The position numbers and the translations under genes are program-made. The notes under the pieces were generated by a model that worked only from the letters and a program-made list of their open reading frames with translations, ran no database searches and had not been told where the DNA came from. DNA of 63,119 bases, filler included. It is 9 parts of 9 records of this genome, joined end to end, with 100 filler letters (N's around TTAATTAATTAA, not from the genome) between each part and the next. Parts side by side here need not be neighbours in the genome. Positions count along the whole stretch, not along the records: positions 1 to 9,205 come from SRR31156797_84093; positions 9,306 to 15,378 come from SRR31156797_84297; 7 more parts are not named here. The stretch is one strand, 5' to 3'. This document shows, in pieces, positions 1-9,339 of the stretch. Within the stretch, counting starts at the first letter, position 1; each line of letters starts with the position of its first letter.

Positions 1-654
1 GTCCCGCATCTCCCCCACCAGGATCACCTTGGGCGCTTGGCGAAGGGCCGCCCTCAGCCCCGAAGCAAAGGTATCAAAATCCGCCCCCAGCTCCCGCTGG
101 TTAAAGGTGGACTGTTTCTGGGAATGCTGGAACTCGATGGGGTCCTCCAGGGTGATCACGTGGACCGACTTGGTGTCGTTAATTTTGTCCAGGAGGGCGG
201 CAAGGGAGGTGGACTTACCGCTGCCCGTGGCCCCGGTGACAAAGATGATCCCGTTCTTCTCAAGGGCCATCTTGTGAAAGGGCTCGGGCAGGTTCAAATC
301 CTGGATGGTGGGAATGGTGGTCTCAAGCTTTCTTAAAACAATGGCGTAGTGGCCGGAACGGGAAAAGATGTTCACCCGGAATCGCGCCTTGTCGCCAAGG
401 GCGTAGGAAAGATCGCAGGAGCCCTCCCGCAAGAGCGTCTCCGTGAGTCGCCGGTCCTGGTTGATCAGGTTCAGGGCAAAGGTTTCGGTCTGAAACGGGG
501 TCAGCACCTTAAAATCGGGCGCCATCGTCACCGGCACCAGCTCCCCCGAGCTTTCCACCTGCAACGGCTTTCCCGGGGTCAGGTTGAGATCCGACACATT
601 TTCCCGGCTTTCGAGCATCTTCTCGAGGATGTGATCCATCTCCTGTTTCTGCAT
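1..654 (-). CDS. PilT/PilU family type IV pilus ATPase (3' truncated at window edge; absent from the ORF track)
   Basis: Manual translation MQKQEMDHILEKMLES...VTGATGSGKST...ITLEDPIEF...LRAALRQAPKVILVGEMRD; SD AGGAGG before ATG at 654. Confidence 0.9.
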   Translation of the reverse strand, partial: MQKQEMDHILEKMLESRENVSDLNLTPGKPLQVESSGELVPVTMAPDFKVLTPFQTETFALNLINQDRRLTETLLREGSCDLSYALGDKARFRVNIFSRSGHYAIVLRKLETTIPTIQDLNLPEPFHKMALEKNGIIFVTGATGSGKSTSLAALLDKINDTKSVHVITLEDPIEFQHSQKQSTFNQRELGADFDTFASGLRAALRQAPKVILVGEMRD

Positions 655-666
655 GGCATCCTCCTT

Positions 667-1749
667 TTACGCTTCTGTGAAATCGGCGGGCGGGGTCTTG
701 AGGAACGGCCGGAAGAGCGACTTGTTGTTGGCCTTTCCATAGGCCTCGTCCGGGCTGATCCACCCCTTCTGGTAGAGCTGCATGATGGCATCGTCCAGGA
801 GCTGCATGCCGTACTGCTTACCGGTCTGGATCATGGAGGGAATCTGGTGGGTCTTGGCCTCCCGGATGAGGTTTCGCACGGCGGGTGTGGCCACAAGGAT
901 CTCCAGGGCCGCGCACCGCCCCTTTTTATCGATCCTTTTGAACAGGGTCTGGGCCACCACGGCCCGGATGCCGTCGGACAGGGTGGAACGGATCTGGGCC
1001 TGCTCCGTTGCCGGGAACACCTCGATCACCCGGTCCACGGTCTTGGCGGCACTGGAGGTGTGCAGGGTGCCGAATACCAGGTGGCCGGTGGAGGCGGCTT
1101 CAATGGCAAGGGAGATGGTTTCGAGATCCCGCATCTCCCCCACCAGGATGATGTCCGGGTCCTCACGCAGCGCCCCCCGCAGGGCAGCGCTGAAGGTTTC
1201 CGTATGGAGCCCCACCTCCCGGTGGTTGACGATGCACCCCTGGCTCTTATGGACAAACTCGATGGGGTCCTCCACCGTGATGATGTGATCTTTTCGGGTT
1301 TTGTTTGCCTGGTCGATGATGGCGGCGAGGGTGGTGGATTTTCCGCTGCCCGTGGGCCCGGTCACAAGGACCAGCCCCCGGGGAAGGGAGGCAAGCTTTG
1401 AGATCACCGGGGGCAGCCCCAGCTGATCGGCGGTGAGGATCTCCGAGGGGATCTCCCGGAACACCGCACCCACCCCGTTTTTCTGCATGAAATAGTTGGC
1501 CCTGTACCTGGCAAGCCCGGGGATCTCGTACCCGAAATCCACATCCCCGGTTTCCTCAAACACCTTGACCTTATCTTCCGGGGTGATCTCGTAGAGAAGA
1601 CTTCTCAATTCATCCGTGGAAAGGACGTTGTACTTGATCCTTTCGATATCGCCGTGGAGCCTCAATGCAGGAGGCTGACCCGCCATGAGGTGGAGGTCCG
1701 ACGCCCCCTGCTCGTGCATGAGTTTGAAAAAAGCGTCGATTTTTGCCAT
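667..1749 (-). CDS. pilT: Type IV pilus retraction ATPase PilT
   Basis: Walker A GPTGSGKST, EDPIE, LVGEMRD, TLHT, AVRNLIRE signature. Confidence 0.95.
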   Translation of the reverse strand: MAKIDAFFKLMHEQGASDLHLMAGQPPALRLHGDIERIKYNVLSTDELRSLLYEITPEDKVKVFEETGDVDFGYEIPGLARYRANYFMQKNGVGAVFREIPSEILTADQLGLPPVISKLASLPRGLVLVTGPTGSGKSTTLAAIIDQANKTRKDHIITVEDPIEFVHKSQGCIVNHREVGLHTETFSAALRGALREDPDIILVGEMRDLETISLAIEAASTGHLVFGTLHTSSAAKTVDRVIEVFPATEQAQIRSTLSDGIRAVVAQTLFKRIDKKGRCAALEILVATPAVRNLIREAKTHQIPSMIQTGKQYGMQLLDDAIMQLYQKGWISPDEAYGKANNKSLFRPFLKTPPADFTEA

Positions 1750-1763
1750 GGATTACTCCTAGG

Positions 1764-2264
1764 TTAAGCCTGCTTGATGAATCGCAGGCTCGAATCTGTG
1801 GCATCCGAGGCCTTGCTCTCCTCCTTACTCATCTCCAATAGCTTTGAGTGGGACTCGATCACCGTGCTGATCTGCATTTCGATCTGCATGCGCTGGCGCT
1901 TGAGTTCGGTAATGTCGCTGTGGAGTTGTGACAGCCTCTGATGGGCCCGGTTAAGTATTTTTTCCGCCTCGACCTCGGCATTGGCAATAACCACTTCCGC
2001 GGATTTCCTGGCGTTTTGCTTCATCTGGTCCAGGACCTTCTGGGACTGGATCATCACCCGTTTCAACGAGGTCTCCCGCTTCCTGTACCCCTGATTCTCG
2101 AGGTCGAGCCGATGGTTCTCCTCTTTCATGGCCAGAATCAGCTGGTTCAGCTTCTCAAATTCGTAAGAAACTTCTTCAAGGAAACTGTCCACCTCATGGA
2201 CGTCAAATCCCCGGAACCGTGTAGCAAACTCCTTTTGCTTGATAACCTCAGGTGTAATCCCCAT
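1764..2264 (-). CDS. divIVA: DivIVA domain protein
   Basis: N-terminal ITP..I.QKEF...FRGFD..EVD.FL motif followed by coiled coil. Confidence 0.9.
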   Translation of the reverse strand: MGITPEVIKQKEFATRFRGFDVHEVDSFLEEVSYEFEKLNQLILAMKEENHRLDLENQGYRKRETSLKRVMIQSQKVLDQMKQNARKSAEVVIANAEVEAEKILNRAHQRLSQLHSDITELKRQRMQIEMQISTVIESHSKLLEMSKEESKASDATDSSLRFIKQA

Positions 2265-2282
2265 TCAAACTCCTCTTCAGTT

Positions 2283-2582
2283 TTAGGACAAGGTATAGGC
2301 CAGTCGGTGCAGGCTGCCCACGATAAAGGTCTGGAGAAAAATGACGATCAGGATGGCAATGACAGGGGAAATGTCAAGGCCGCCCAGATCAAAGGGAATT
2401 CTCTTTCGTATCTGATAGAGAACGGGTTCAGTGGCACTGGTGATGAACCGGACAATGGTGTTATAGGGATCGGGATTGACCCAGGACAGCACGGCCCGGG
2501 CAATGATGATCCACATGAAGATGCTCAAGGCGTAGTCAAGAACCACGGCAATCGCTTCGAAAAAATTTCCCATGATAAACAT
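2283..2582 (-). CDS. yggT: YggT family membrane protein
   Basis: LSWVNPDPYN..V.F....TEP.L..IR...P....LDISP motif. Confidence 0.93.
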   Translation of the reverse strand: MFIMGNFFEAIAVVLDYALSIFMWIIIARAVLSWVNPDPYNTIVRFITSATEPVLYQIRKRIPFDLGGLDISPVIAILIVIFLQTFIVGSLHRLAYTLS

Positions 2583-2739
2583 TGGTTAGAACAGTCTCCT
2601 CACAATCTAAGTTTCAATTAAATATCACCATGAAAATATGGTACTTATGCGCCAAAATGTCAAGATTTTTTGAACATTTAGCCCGAACATCCCCTGTTTT
2701 TCCTCATTTGCCGGATAGAAAAACGCGATGGAAAACAAC

Positions 2740-2781
2740 TTGACAAACCCCCATCGATCTCATACGAATGGTTTAACCATT
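2740..2781 (+). promoter_or_regulatory. sigma70-like promoter overlapped by a FadR-subfamily operator AATGGTTTAACCATT
   Basis: TTGACA at 2740-2745, weak -10 (TACGAAT) about 17 nt downstream, palindrome TGGT-N3-ACCA at 2767-2781 just upstream of the GntR gene. Confidence 0.7.
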
Positions 2782-2811
2782 ACAGTATCACGAGGTTGAG
2801 AAAGGAGGAGC

Positions 2812-3579
2812 ATGCCAGCAAAAAAAACTCCTGATTTTCAACGGGCCAAAAAGAACAGAATCTTCCAGGATGTGGTTGAACAGATCCAGGAAGCCATTCT
2901 TGAGCGACGGCTCGAACCCGGAGATGTATTACCCCCGGAGCGGGAGCTGAGGGAAACCTTCAACATCAGCAGGGGCACCCTGAGGGAAGCCCTGCGTGTG
3001 CTTGAGCACAAGGGCCTCATCGAAATAAAAGTGGGCACGGCCGGTGGTTCCATCGTCAAGCAGGCCGGCATGGAACAGCTGACCGAGACCTTTACCCTCT
3101 TGATCCGGTCCGGCAGCCTTACGGTGATCGATATCGGCGAATTCCGGGAAGGCATCGAGGGAAAAATCGCGGCCCTGGCTGCAGAACGGGCCACCCCGGA
3201 CGATATCAAGCGGCTGGACGCCCTGATCGAGCGGGCCGCAGCCATGAACGCCCGGGGCACCGAGGGATGGGAAGATTTTCTGGACATGGACCAGGCGGTT
3301 CACAAGGAACTGGCCCGGATCACCCGGAATTCCCTTTACCGGCTTGTGAGCGAAATGGTTCACGACAACATCCGGCAGTACTATGACCGGTTCCTGGACA
3401 ACACCCTGGACCGGATGGCCGAGAACCTCAGGGATCTCCAGGAGATGGTCGACGCTGTCAAGCACCATCGCCCCCAGGAGGCGGCCCGGGTTTCCGAGAC
3501 CCATGTACACCGGTTCATCGTTCGCATGAAGAACAAGGAGGCTTTGATTGTCGATGGCCAACGAAATGGCGATCGCTAA
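2812..3579 (+). CDS. GntR/FadR family transcriptional regulator
   Basis: wHTH LPPERELRETFNISRGTLREAL..LE..GLI plus FCD-type C-terminal domain. Confidence 0.93.
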   Translation: MPAKKTPDFQRAKKNRIFQDVVEQIQEAILERRLEPGDVLPPERELRETFNISRGTLREALRVLEHKGLIEIKVGTAGGSIVKQAGMEQLTETFTLLIRSGSLTVIDIGEFREGIEGKIAALAAERATPDDIKRLDALIERAAAMNARGTEGWEDFLDMDQAVHKELARITRNSLYRLVSEMVHDNIRQYYDRFLDNTLDRMAENLRDLQEMVDAVKHHRPQEAARVSETHVHRFIVRMKNKEALIVDGQRNGDR

Positions 3580-3611
3580 TGATAATGACGTTAAACAGGA
3601 GAAGGATGATT

Positions 3612-4748
3612 ATGAACAAAATGGTTAGAGTGATTACCGCGTCTTTGCTGTTATTCGCCCTTTCGGCTGCCCCGTCACTGGCATCCGATACCATCAAGAT
3701 CGGGGTCCAGGCCCCCACCACCGGCCAGTACGCCAATGAGGGCCAGGGCATCGACCAGGGCGTAAGGCTCATCGCAGAGCAGATCAATGCCAAGGGTGGC
3801 ATCCTCGGAAAACAGATCGAAATTTTCACCTGCGACGACGAGGGTACGGCCATGAAGGCCGCCATCTGCGCCAAGGACCTGGTCAACAAAGGGGTGATCG
3901 GCGTCATCGGTTCCTACACATCCACCTGTGCCGAGGCTGCCCAGGCAACCTACTACCGCGCAGGCGTTCTCCAGACAACGGACGGCACCAGCGATACCCT
4001 GACCGAGCACGGCTACTGGACCTTTTTCAGGAACTCCTTTCCCAACTCCGCCGAGGCCGAATACACCGCCAACTACTTTGTCAACGTAAAAAAGTACAAG
4101 AGAATCGCCATCGTCACCGATTTCTCCTCCTACTCCACGGGTCTTGGCTCCTCGGTTGAAGCCGAGATCAAGAAGCTTGGCGGCAACATCGTGTACCAGG
4201 GCAAGATCAAGGCCGGCGCCCAGAACTACACCCCCGTACTCACCAAGATCAAGTCCAAACACCCGGACGTGATCTACTTCAGCGGCTACTACAACGAGGC
4301 CGGCCTCCTGCGGTCCCAGCAGATGCAGCTTGGCGTCACCGCCGACTTCTACGGCTCCAACGCCTGTGACAACCCCGACTACATCAAGCTTGCCGGCAAG
4401 TTCGCCGAGGGTTCCTATCTCATCAACGTTCCCTCTCCCGAGCTGCTGCCCTATGACCTGGCCGTCAACTTCCTCAAGGACTACCGGGCCAAGTACAATA
4501 TGGATCCCCCGAGCATCTGGACCCTCCTCAACATCGACGGCCTGAGAGCGTTCCTCCACGCCATCGAGCAGACCGGCACCACGGACACCAAAAAGCTTGC
4601 TGAGTACCTCCACACCCTCAAGGGCTATCCCGGCATCACCGGTCCCATCCAGTGGGCGCCGGACGGAAACCGTACCGGAAGCGCCCACCAGACCTATGAG
4701 TACCAGGCAGACGGTTCCAAAAAGATCATCTATCCGGTCGTAAAATAG
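3612..4748 (+). CDS. Branched-chain amino acid (LivK/LivJ-type) ABC transporter substrate-binding protein
   Basis: Signal peptide, IKIGVQAPTTG..A..G, INAKGGILGKQIE..DD; start uncertain (3579/3606/3612). Confidence 0.9.
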   Translation: MNKMVRVITASLLLFALSAAPSLASDTIKIGVQAPTTGQYANEGQGIDQGVRLIAEQINAKGGILGKQIEIFTCDDEGTAMKAAICAKDLVNKGVIGVIGSYTSTCAEAAQATYYRAGVLQTTDGTSDTLTEHGYWTFFRNSFPNSAEAEYTANYFVNVKKYKRIAIVTDFSSYSTGLGSSVEAEIKKLGGNIVYQGKIKAGAQNYTPVLTKIKSKHPDVIYFSGYYNEAGLLRSQQMQLGVTADFYGSNACDNPDYIKLAGKFAEGSYLINVPSPELLPYDLAVNFLKDYRAKYNMDPPSIWTLLNIDGLRAFLHAIEQTGTTDTKKLAEYLHTLKGYPGITGPIQWAPDGNRTGSAHQTYEYQADGSKKIIYPVVK

Positions 4749-4809
4749 GGGTTTAGCTCTGATTGCCGTGTCCTTTTAGCACGACAATCGGCGAAGAACC
4801 CATCAAACA

Positions 4810-4838
4810 GCAGGCTGCCCTCCCCGTGGGCAGCCTGC
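4810..4838 (+). terminator. Intergenic stem-loop (partial terminator or mRNA stabiliser) after the binding-protein gene
   Basis: 11-bp perfect stem GCAGGCTGCCC/GGGCAGCCTGC with a 7-nt loop. Confidence 0.6.
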
Positions 4839-4865
4839 CAAGCGTATTTTAGAAGGTTCAACAAT

Positions 4866-5768
4866 ATGGACATTTTTTTTCAGCAGCTTGTCAATGGGCT
4901 GACCATTGGCTCCATCTTCGCCCTGGTTGCCCTTGGTTACACCATGGTGTACGGCATCATGAAACTGATCAACTTTGCCCACGGCGATCTCGTGGCAATG
5001 TCGGCCTTTGTGGGCCTCACCGTCTATGACCAGTTTTTAGGCGGCACCACCAACCCCCTGATAACGGTCCTGACGGTGTTTGCCGCCACCGGCGTCATCA
5101 TCGCCATGGCGGGCATCATCCTTGAACGGGTGGCCTACCGCCCCCTGCGGAACGCGCCACGGCTCAGCGCCGTTGTCTCGGCCCTGGGCGCAAGCCTTGT
5201 GATCCAGAACGGCATCATGCTCATCTGGGGACCGCGCATGCGCTTCTTTCCCGCGGATATCCTGCCCGCCACCACCTGGGAGATCGGCGGGGTCTACATC
5301 AGCTTCATCCAGGTGGTGATCCTGGTGGTCTCCCTTCTGATCATGGCAGGACTGATCTTCTTCATTGACAAAACCCGGGTGGGCGCCGCCATCAGGGCCA
5401 CCTCCATCGACCACGACGCATCCAGGCTCATGGGCATCGACGTCAACCGCATCATCACCCTGATCTTCGTCATCGGCACCTTCCTCGGCGCCGTGGGCGG
5501 GCTTTTCATCGGTCTCTACTACCGGGGCATCAACTTCAACATGGGATGGAACTACGGACTGTACGCCTTTGTGGCGGCCATCATCGGCGGCATCGGCAAC
5601 ATCCCCGGCGCCATGGTGGGCGGCATGCTGCTGGGCATCTTCAAGGCGTTCATCGCGGGCTACGTCTCCAGCACCTGGGCCGATGCCTTTACTTTTACTC
5701 TTTTGATCGCCATCCTTGTTGTGAGACCCACCGGTATCATGGGAGAACGCGTAGCGGAGAAGGTATGA
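4866..5768 (+). CDS. livH: Branched-chain amino acid ABC transporter permease LivH
   Basis: QQLVNGLTIGSIFALVALGYTMVYG..KLINFAHG motif. Confidence 0.92.
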   Translation: MDIFFQQLVNGLTIGSIFALVALGYTMVYGIMKLINFAHGDLVAMSAFVGLTVYDQFLGGTTNPLITVLTVFAATGVIIAMAGIILERVAYRPLRNAPRLSAVVSALGASLVIQNGIMLIWGPRMRFFPADILPATTWEIGGVYISFIQVVILVVSLLIMAGLIFFIDKTRVGAAIRATSIDHDASRLMGIDVNRIITLIFVIGTFLGAVGGLFIGLYYRGINFNMGWNYGLYAFVAAIIGGIGNIPGAMVGGMLLGIFKAFIAGYVSSTWADAFTFTLLIAILVVRPTGIMGERVAEKV

Positions 5769-6712
5769 AAAAGACACCAAACAAAAAAATCGGATATACA
5801 GTGTTCATCCTGGCCCTGTTGCTCTTTCCCGCCCTGGCCAACCCCAAATGGCTGGCCATCGGGTCAACCTTCCTGATCTTCTCCGTGGTGGGACTGAGCG
5901 AAGACATCATCCTGGGCAAGGGTGGAATGTTCAACATGGGACATGCCCTGTTCTTCGGCATCGGCGCCTATACGGCGGCCATTGCCAACAATACCTTCGG
6001 CATCCCCATCCTCTATTCCATTCCCCTGGCCATCCTGATCCCGGCCCTGTGCGGCATCATCCTGGCCGGACCCATCATCCACCTCAGGGGAGACTATCTT
6101 CTCGTGGCCACCATCGGGTTCAACATCGTGTTCCTCCAGCTGGTGGAGAACGACATCTTCGGTGTCACCGGCGGACCCAACGGCATCTTCGGCCTGGACA
6201 CGCCCACGTTTCTCGGCATCGATCTTGCCTCGCCAACGGCCATTTACTACCTGGGAGTGGGCGTCCTGGTGCTCACCTTCTTTGTCATGGCCAACCTTGA
6301 CAAAAGCAAGGCCGGCCGCGCCCTTCACTATCTTCGCCTGGACGATCTCGCCGCCAACTCCATCGGCATCAACACCCGGGGATACAAAATCTTCGCCTTT
6401 GGTCTCGGGGCCGGTATCGCGGGCCTTGCCGGGGTGCTGCTTGCCATCCAGTATTCGGCCGTGAGCCCGGAAGCGTTCAACTTCATGCAGTCGGTTCTCT
6501 TCTTCTCCATCGTTCTTGTGGGCGGCTCTTCCCTGCCCGGGATCCTCATGGGCACCTTTGTGATGTTTGTGCTGCCCGAGATCTTCAGGGACTTTGCCAC
6601 CTGGCGGTACTTCATATTCGGCTTTGCCATGATCCTTGCGATGATCCTGAGACCCGAGGGCATCTTTCCCGCCCGGTTTGGCAAGATACCAGATTACTTC
6701 AAAAAAGGATGA
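5765..6712 (+). CDS. livM: Branched-chain amino acid ABC transporter permease LivM
   Basis: LRGDYLLVATIGF, TGGPNGI, RPEGI; ATGA overlap with livH stop at 5765. Confidence 0.9.
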   Translation: MKKTPNKKIGYTVFILALLLFPALANPKWLAIGSTFLIFSVVGLSEDIILGKGGMFNMGHALFFGIGAYTAAIANNTFGIPILYSIPLAILIPALCGIILAGPIIHLRGDYLLVATIGFNIVFLQLVENDIFGVTGGPNGIFGLDTPTFLGIDLASPTAIYYLGVGVLVLTFFVMANLDKSKAGRALHYLRLDDLAANSIGINTRGYKIFAFGLGAGIAGLAGVLLAIQYSAVSPEAFNFMQSVLFFSIVLVGGSSLPGILMGTFVMFVLPEIFRDFATWRYFIFGFAMILAMILRPEGIFPARFGKIPDYFKKG

Positions 6713-6715
6713 GAC

Positions 6716-7486
6716 ATGGCGCTTCTTGAACTTAAAAACATGACCAAACGGTTCGGGGGTCTCACTGCGGTGGACCACCTGAACATCAAGGTCGAAAAAA
6801 ACCAGATATACGGAATCATCGGGCCCAACGGCGCCGGCAAAACCACCGCGTTCAACTGCATCACCGGCATCCATCCCCCTGAAGAGGGAGCGGTGCTCTG
6901 GCAGGGCAAGGATATCACCGGCGCCCCGCCCCATAAGGTCGCCTCCATGGGCATCGTTAGAACCTTCCAGACCATCCGGTTGTTCACCGAGATGAGCGTG
7001 GCGGAGAACGTCATGTCCGGCCGCCATTTTCGAAGCAGCCAGCGCTGGTGGCACGGCATCTGCCACACCCCCGGCTCCCGGAGGGACGAGAAGGAGAACT
7101 GGCTCAAGGTCAAAGAGGTGCTGGAGTTCTTCAAGATCGACGATCTTGCGGCGGAACCCGTTGGCAGCCTGGCCTACGGCATCCAGAGAAAGGTGGAGAT
7201 GGCAAGGGCGCTTGTGAGCGAGCCCGAGCTCCTCATCCTGGACGAGCCTGCGGCAGGCCTCAACGACAGCGAGACCATGGAGCTTGTGGAGACCATCTAC
7301 AGCATCAGGGACCGTGGGATAACCATCCTTTTGATCGAGCACAACATGGACCTTGTCATGACATTGACCGACTACATCACCGTAATCAACTTCGGCAAGC
7401 CCATTGCCGAAGGCCTACCCGATGCCATACAGTCAGACCCCATGGTGATTGAAGCCTACCTGGGCAGCGAGGATGACGATGAATAA
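6716..7486 (+). CDS. livG: ABC transporter ATP-binding protein LivG
   Basis: FGGLTAV, GPNGAGKTT, RTFQ, LDEPAAGLN, EAYLG. Confidence 0.92.
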   Translation: MALLELKNMTKRFGGLTAVDHLNIKVEKNQIYGIIGPNGAGKTTAFNCITGIHPPEEGAVLWQGKDITGAPPHKVASMGIVRTFQTIRLFTEMSVAENVMSGRHFRSSQRWWHGICHTPGSRRDEKENWLKVKEVLEFFKIDDLAAEPVGSLAYGIQRKVEMARALVSEPELLILDEPAAGLNDSETMELVETIYSIRDRGITILLIEHNMDLVMTLTDYITVINFGKPIAEGLPDAIQSDPMVIEAYLGSEDDDE

Positions 7487-8201
7487 TAATATCATGTTTG
7501 AAGTAAAGGACCTGGAGGTCTCCTACGGCAGCATTGCCGCCATCAAGGGCATCTCCCTTCAGGTGGGCAAGGGTGAGATCGTCACCATCCTGGGGGCCAA
7601 CGGCGCAGGCAAGACCACCACATTGAGAACCATCAGCCGGCTCCACGATCCCAATGCAGGCCAGATCCTGTTCAAGGGCGAGGATATCACCACCACCCCC
7701 GCCCACAAGATCGTCTCCATGGGCATCAGCCATTCCCCGGAAGGCCGCCGGATCTTCGGCATCCTCACCGTGGAGGAGAACCTGATCCTCGGCAGCTACA
7801 CCCAGAAAACCACGGACCGGAAGACCCTCAACTGGGTCTATGAGCTCTTTCCCAGGCTTGCCGAGCGGAAACGCCAGCTGGCCGGCACCCTGTCCGGCGG
7901 TGAGCAACAGATGCTCGCCATTGGCCGGGCCCTGATGTCACGGCCCGAGATGCTGCTTCTCGACGAACCCAGCCTGGGCCTTGCCCCCATCCTGGTCAAG
8001 GCGATCTTCAAGACCGTCAAGGAGATCTCCCAGAGCGGCGTCACCGTTCTTTTGGTGGAGCAGAACGCCAAGGCGGCCCTGAAGCTGGCCGACCGGGCCT
8101 ATGTACTTGAAGTAGGCAAACTCGTCCTGAGTGGCACCTCCGAAGAGCTTTTAGCCTCGGAGAAAATCCAGGAGGCCTATCTCGGCAAAAAAAGGAAATA
8201 G
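7479..8201 (+). CDS. livF: ABC transporter ATP-binding protein LivF
   Basis: GANGAGKTT, PEGRRIF, LSGGEQQMLAIGRALM, LDEPSLGLAP. Confidence 0.92.
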   Translation: MNNNIMFEVKDLEVSYGSIAAIKGISLQVGKGEIVTILGANGAGKTTTLRTISRLHDPNAGQILFKGEDITTTPAHKIVSMGISHSPEGRRIFGILTVEENLILGSYTQKTTDRKTLNWVYELFPRLAERKRQLAGTLSGGEQQMLAIGRALMSRPEMLLLDEPSLGLAPILVKAIFKTVKEISQSGVTVLLVEQNAKAALKLADRAYVLEVGKLVLSGTSEELLASEKIQEAYLGKKRK

Positions 8202-8236
8202 TCATACACCCGATTAAAATTTGAGCGAGACACTGA

Positions 8237-8262
8237 ACCGGGGAGGTAACTCCCCGGTATTT
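8237..8262 (+). terminator. Putative intrinsic terminator
   Basis: ACCGGGGAG-GTAA-CTCCCCGGT (GNRA loop) followed by ATTT after livF. Confidence 0.55.
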
Positions 8263-8411
8263 CATAACCTTTTGCAAAAGGTCGAACCATTGACCTTTGC
8301 CCGAAAAAGAGACGGGACAATGAAGCTGAAAACTGAAAGCCAAAGGCAAAGCTAAAAACAAAAATTCCCATCTCCTTTCAACAACATTCAGACGGTTTAA
8401 CAGGTAGACAC

Positions 8412-9205
8412 ATGACACAAAAAAGAGTTACCCAACACCCTGTTCTGGAAGTTCCCCAAGGCGAAGAGGTTCCGTTCACCTGGAACGGCAAAGAAATCAC
8501 CGGCAGATCAGGAGAGATGATCTCCTCCGCCCTCTTTGCCAACGACATCCAGATTTTTGGCCACCACCACAAGGACGAAAGCCCCCAGGGCATGTACTGC
8601 GCCAACGGCCAGTGCTCCCAGTGCCTTGTCATTGTTGACGGCCTCCCCGTAAAATCCTGCATGACCCCCCTTGCCCGGGGCATGAATATCCAAAGCGTGG
8701 AAGGCCTCCCCGAAGTTCCTGCTGAAGACACCCCCCAGGCCTTTGAAGATCCCGAAAAAATACAAACAGAAGTCCTGATCATCGGCGGCGGCCCGGCGGG
8801 CCTGTCCGCCGCCATCGAGCTGGGCCGTCTCGGCATCGACACCTTGCTGCTAGACGACAAGGACCGCCTCGGCGGCAAGCTCGTCCTCCAGACCCACAAG
8901 TTCTTCGGCTCGGTGGAAGACTCCTGGGCCGGCACCCGGGGATTCGAGATCGGCCACATCCTCGAAGACCAACTCAAGGAACTCGACTCGGTAAAAGTCA
9001 AGCTCAACACCACGGCCGTGGGCGTGTTTTCCGACGGCATCATCGGCGCGGTCCAGGACAACCGCTACATGAAGATCCGCCCCAACAAACTCCTGGTGGC
9101 CACCGGCGCAAGGGAAAGAATGCTCGCCTTCCCCGGCAACACCCTGCCCGGGGTTTACGGCGCAGGCGCCTTCCAGACCCTGGTCAACCGGGATCTGGTC
9201 AAGGC
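8412..9205 (+). CDS. 2Fe-2S/FAD-dependent oxidoreductase, sarcosine oxidase alpha / proline dehydrogenase alpha-like (3' truncated)
   Basis: Fer2_4-like C..G.C..C..V.G...SC domain, then Rossmann IIGGGPAGL and ATGARER..FPGNTLPGV. Confidence 0.85.
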
Positions 9206-9305
9206 NNNNNNNNNNNNNNNNNNNNNNNNNNNNNNNNNNNNNNNNNNNNTTAATTAATTAANNNNNNNNNNNNNNNNNNNNNNNNNNNNNNNNNNNNNNN
9301 NNNNN
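9206..9305. other. Artificial contig spacer
   Basis: 44 N + TTAATTAATTAA (stops in all six frames) + 44 N. Confidence 0.98.
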
Positions 9306-9325
9306 GAATCCTGCCGGGCGCGCCA
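9306..9325 (+). tRNA. 3' end of tRNA-Arg (truncated gene or duplicated att core)
   Basis: GAATCCTGC-CGGGCGC-G-CCA = T-loop end, T-stem, acceptor 3' strand complementary to GCGCCCG, discriminator G, CCA; anticodon not visible. Confidence 0.75.
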
Positions 9326-9339
9326 ATAAAATCAAGGGG

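Noticed and set aside
349-1401. Long antisense ORFs (e.g. 349-1401, 5864-7342, 28136-29356, 51242-52990, 59868-61034)
   Set aside because: Shadow frames of well-supported genes in GC-rich DNA; no motifs or RBS.
9250-9261. Recurrent TTAATTAATTAA palindrome as a biological repeat or CRISPR
   Set aside because: Always centred in N-runs of fixed length: an assembly-joining linker. No CRISPR array was seen anywhere in the window.
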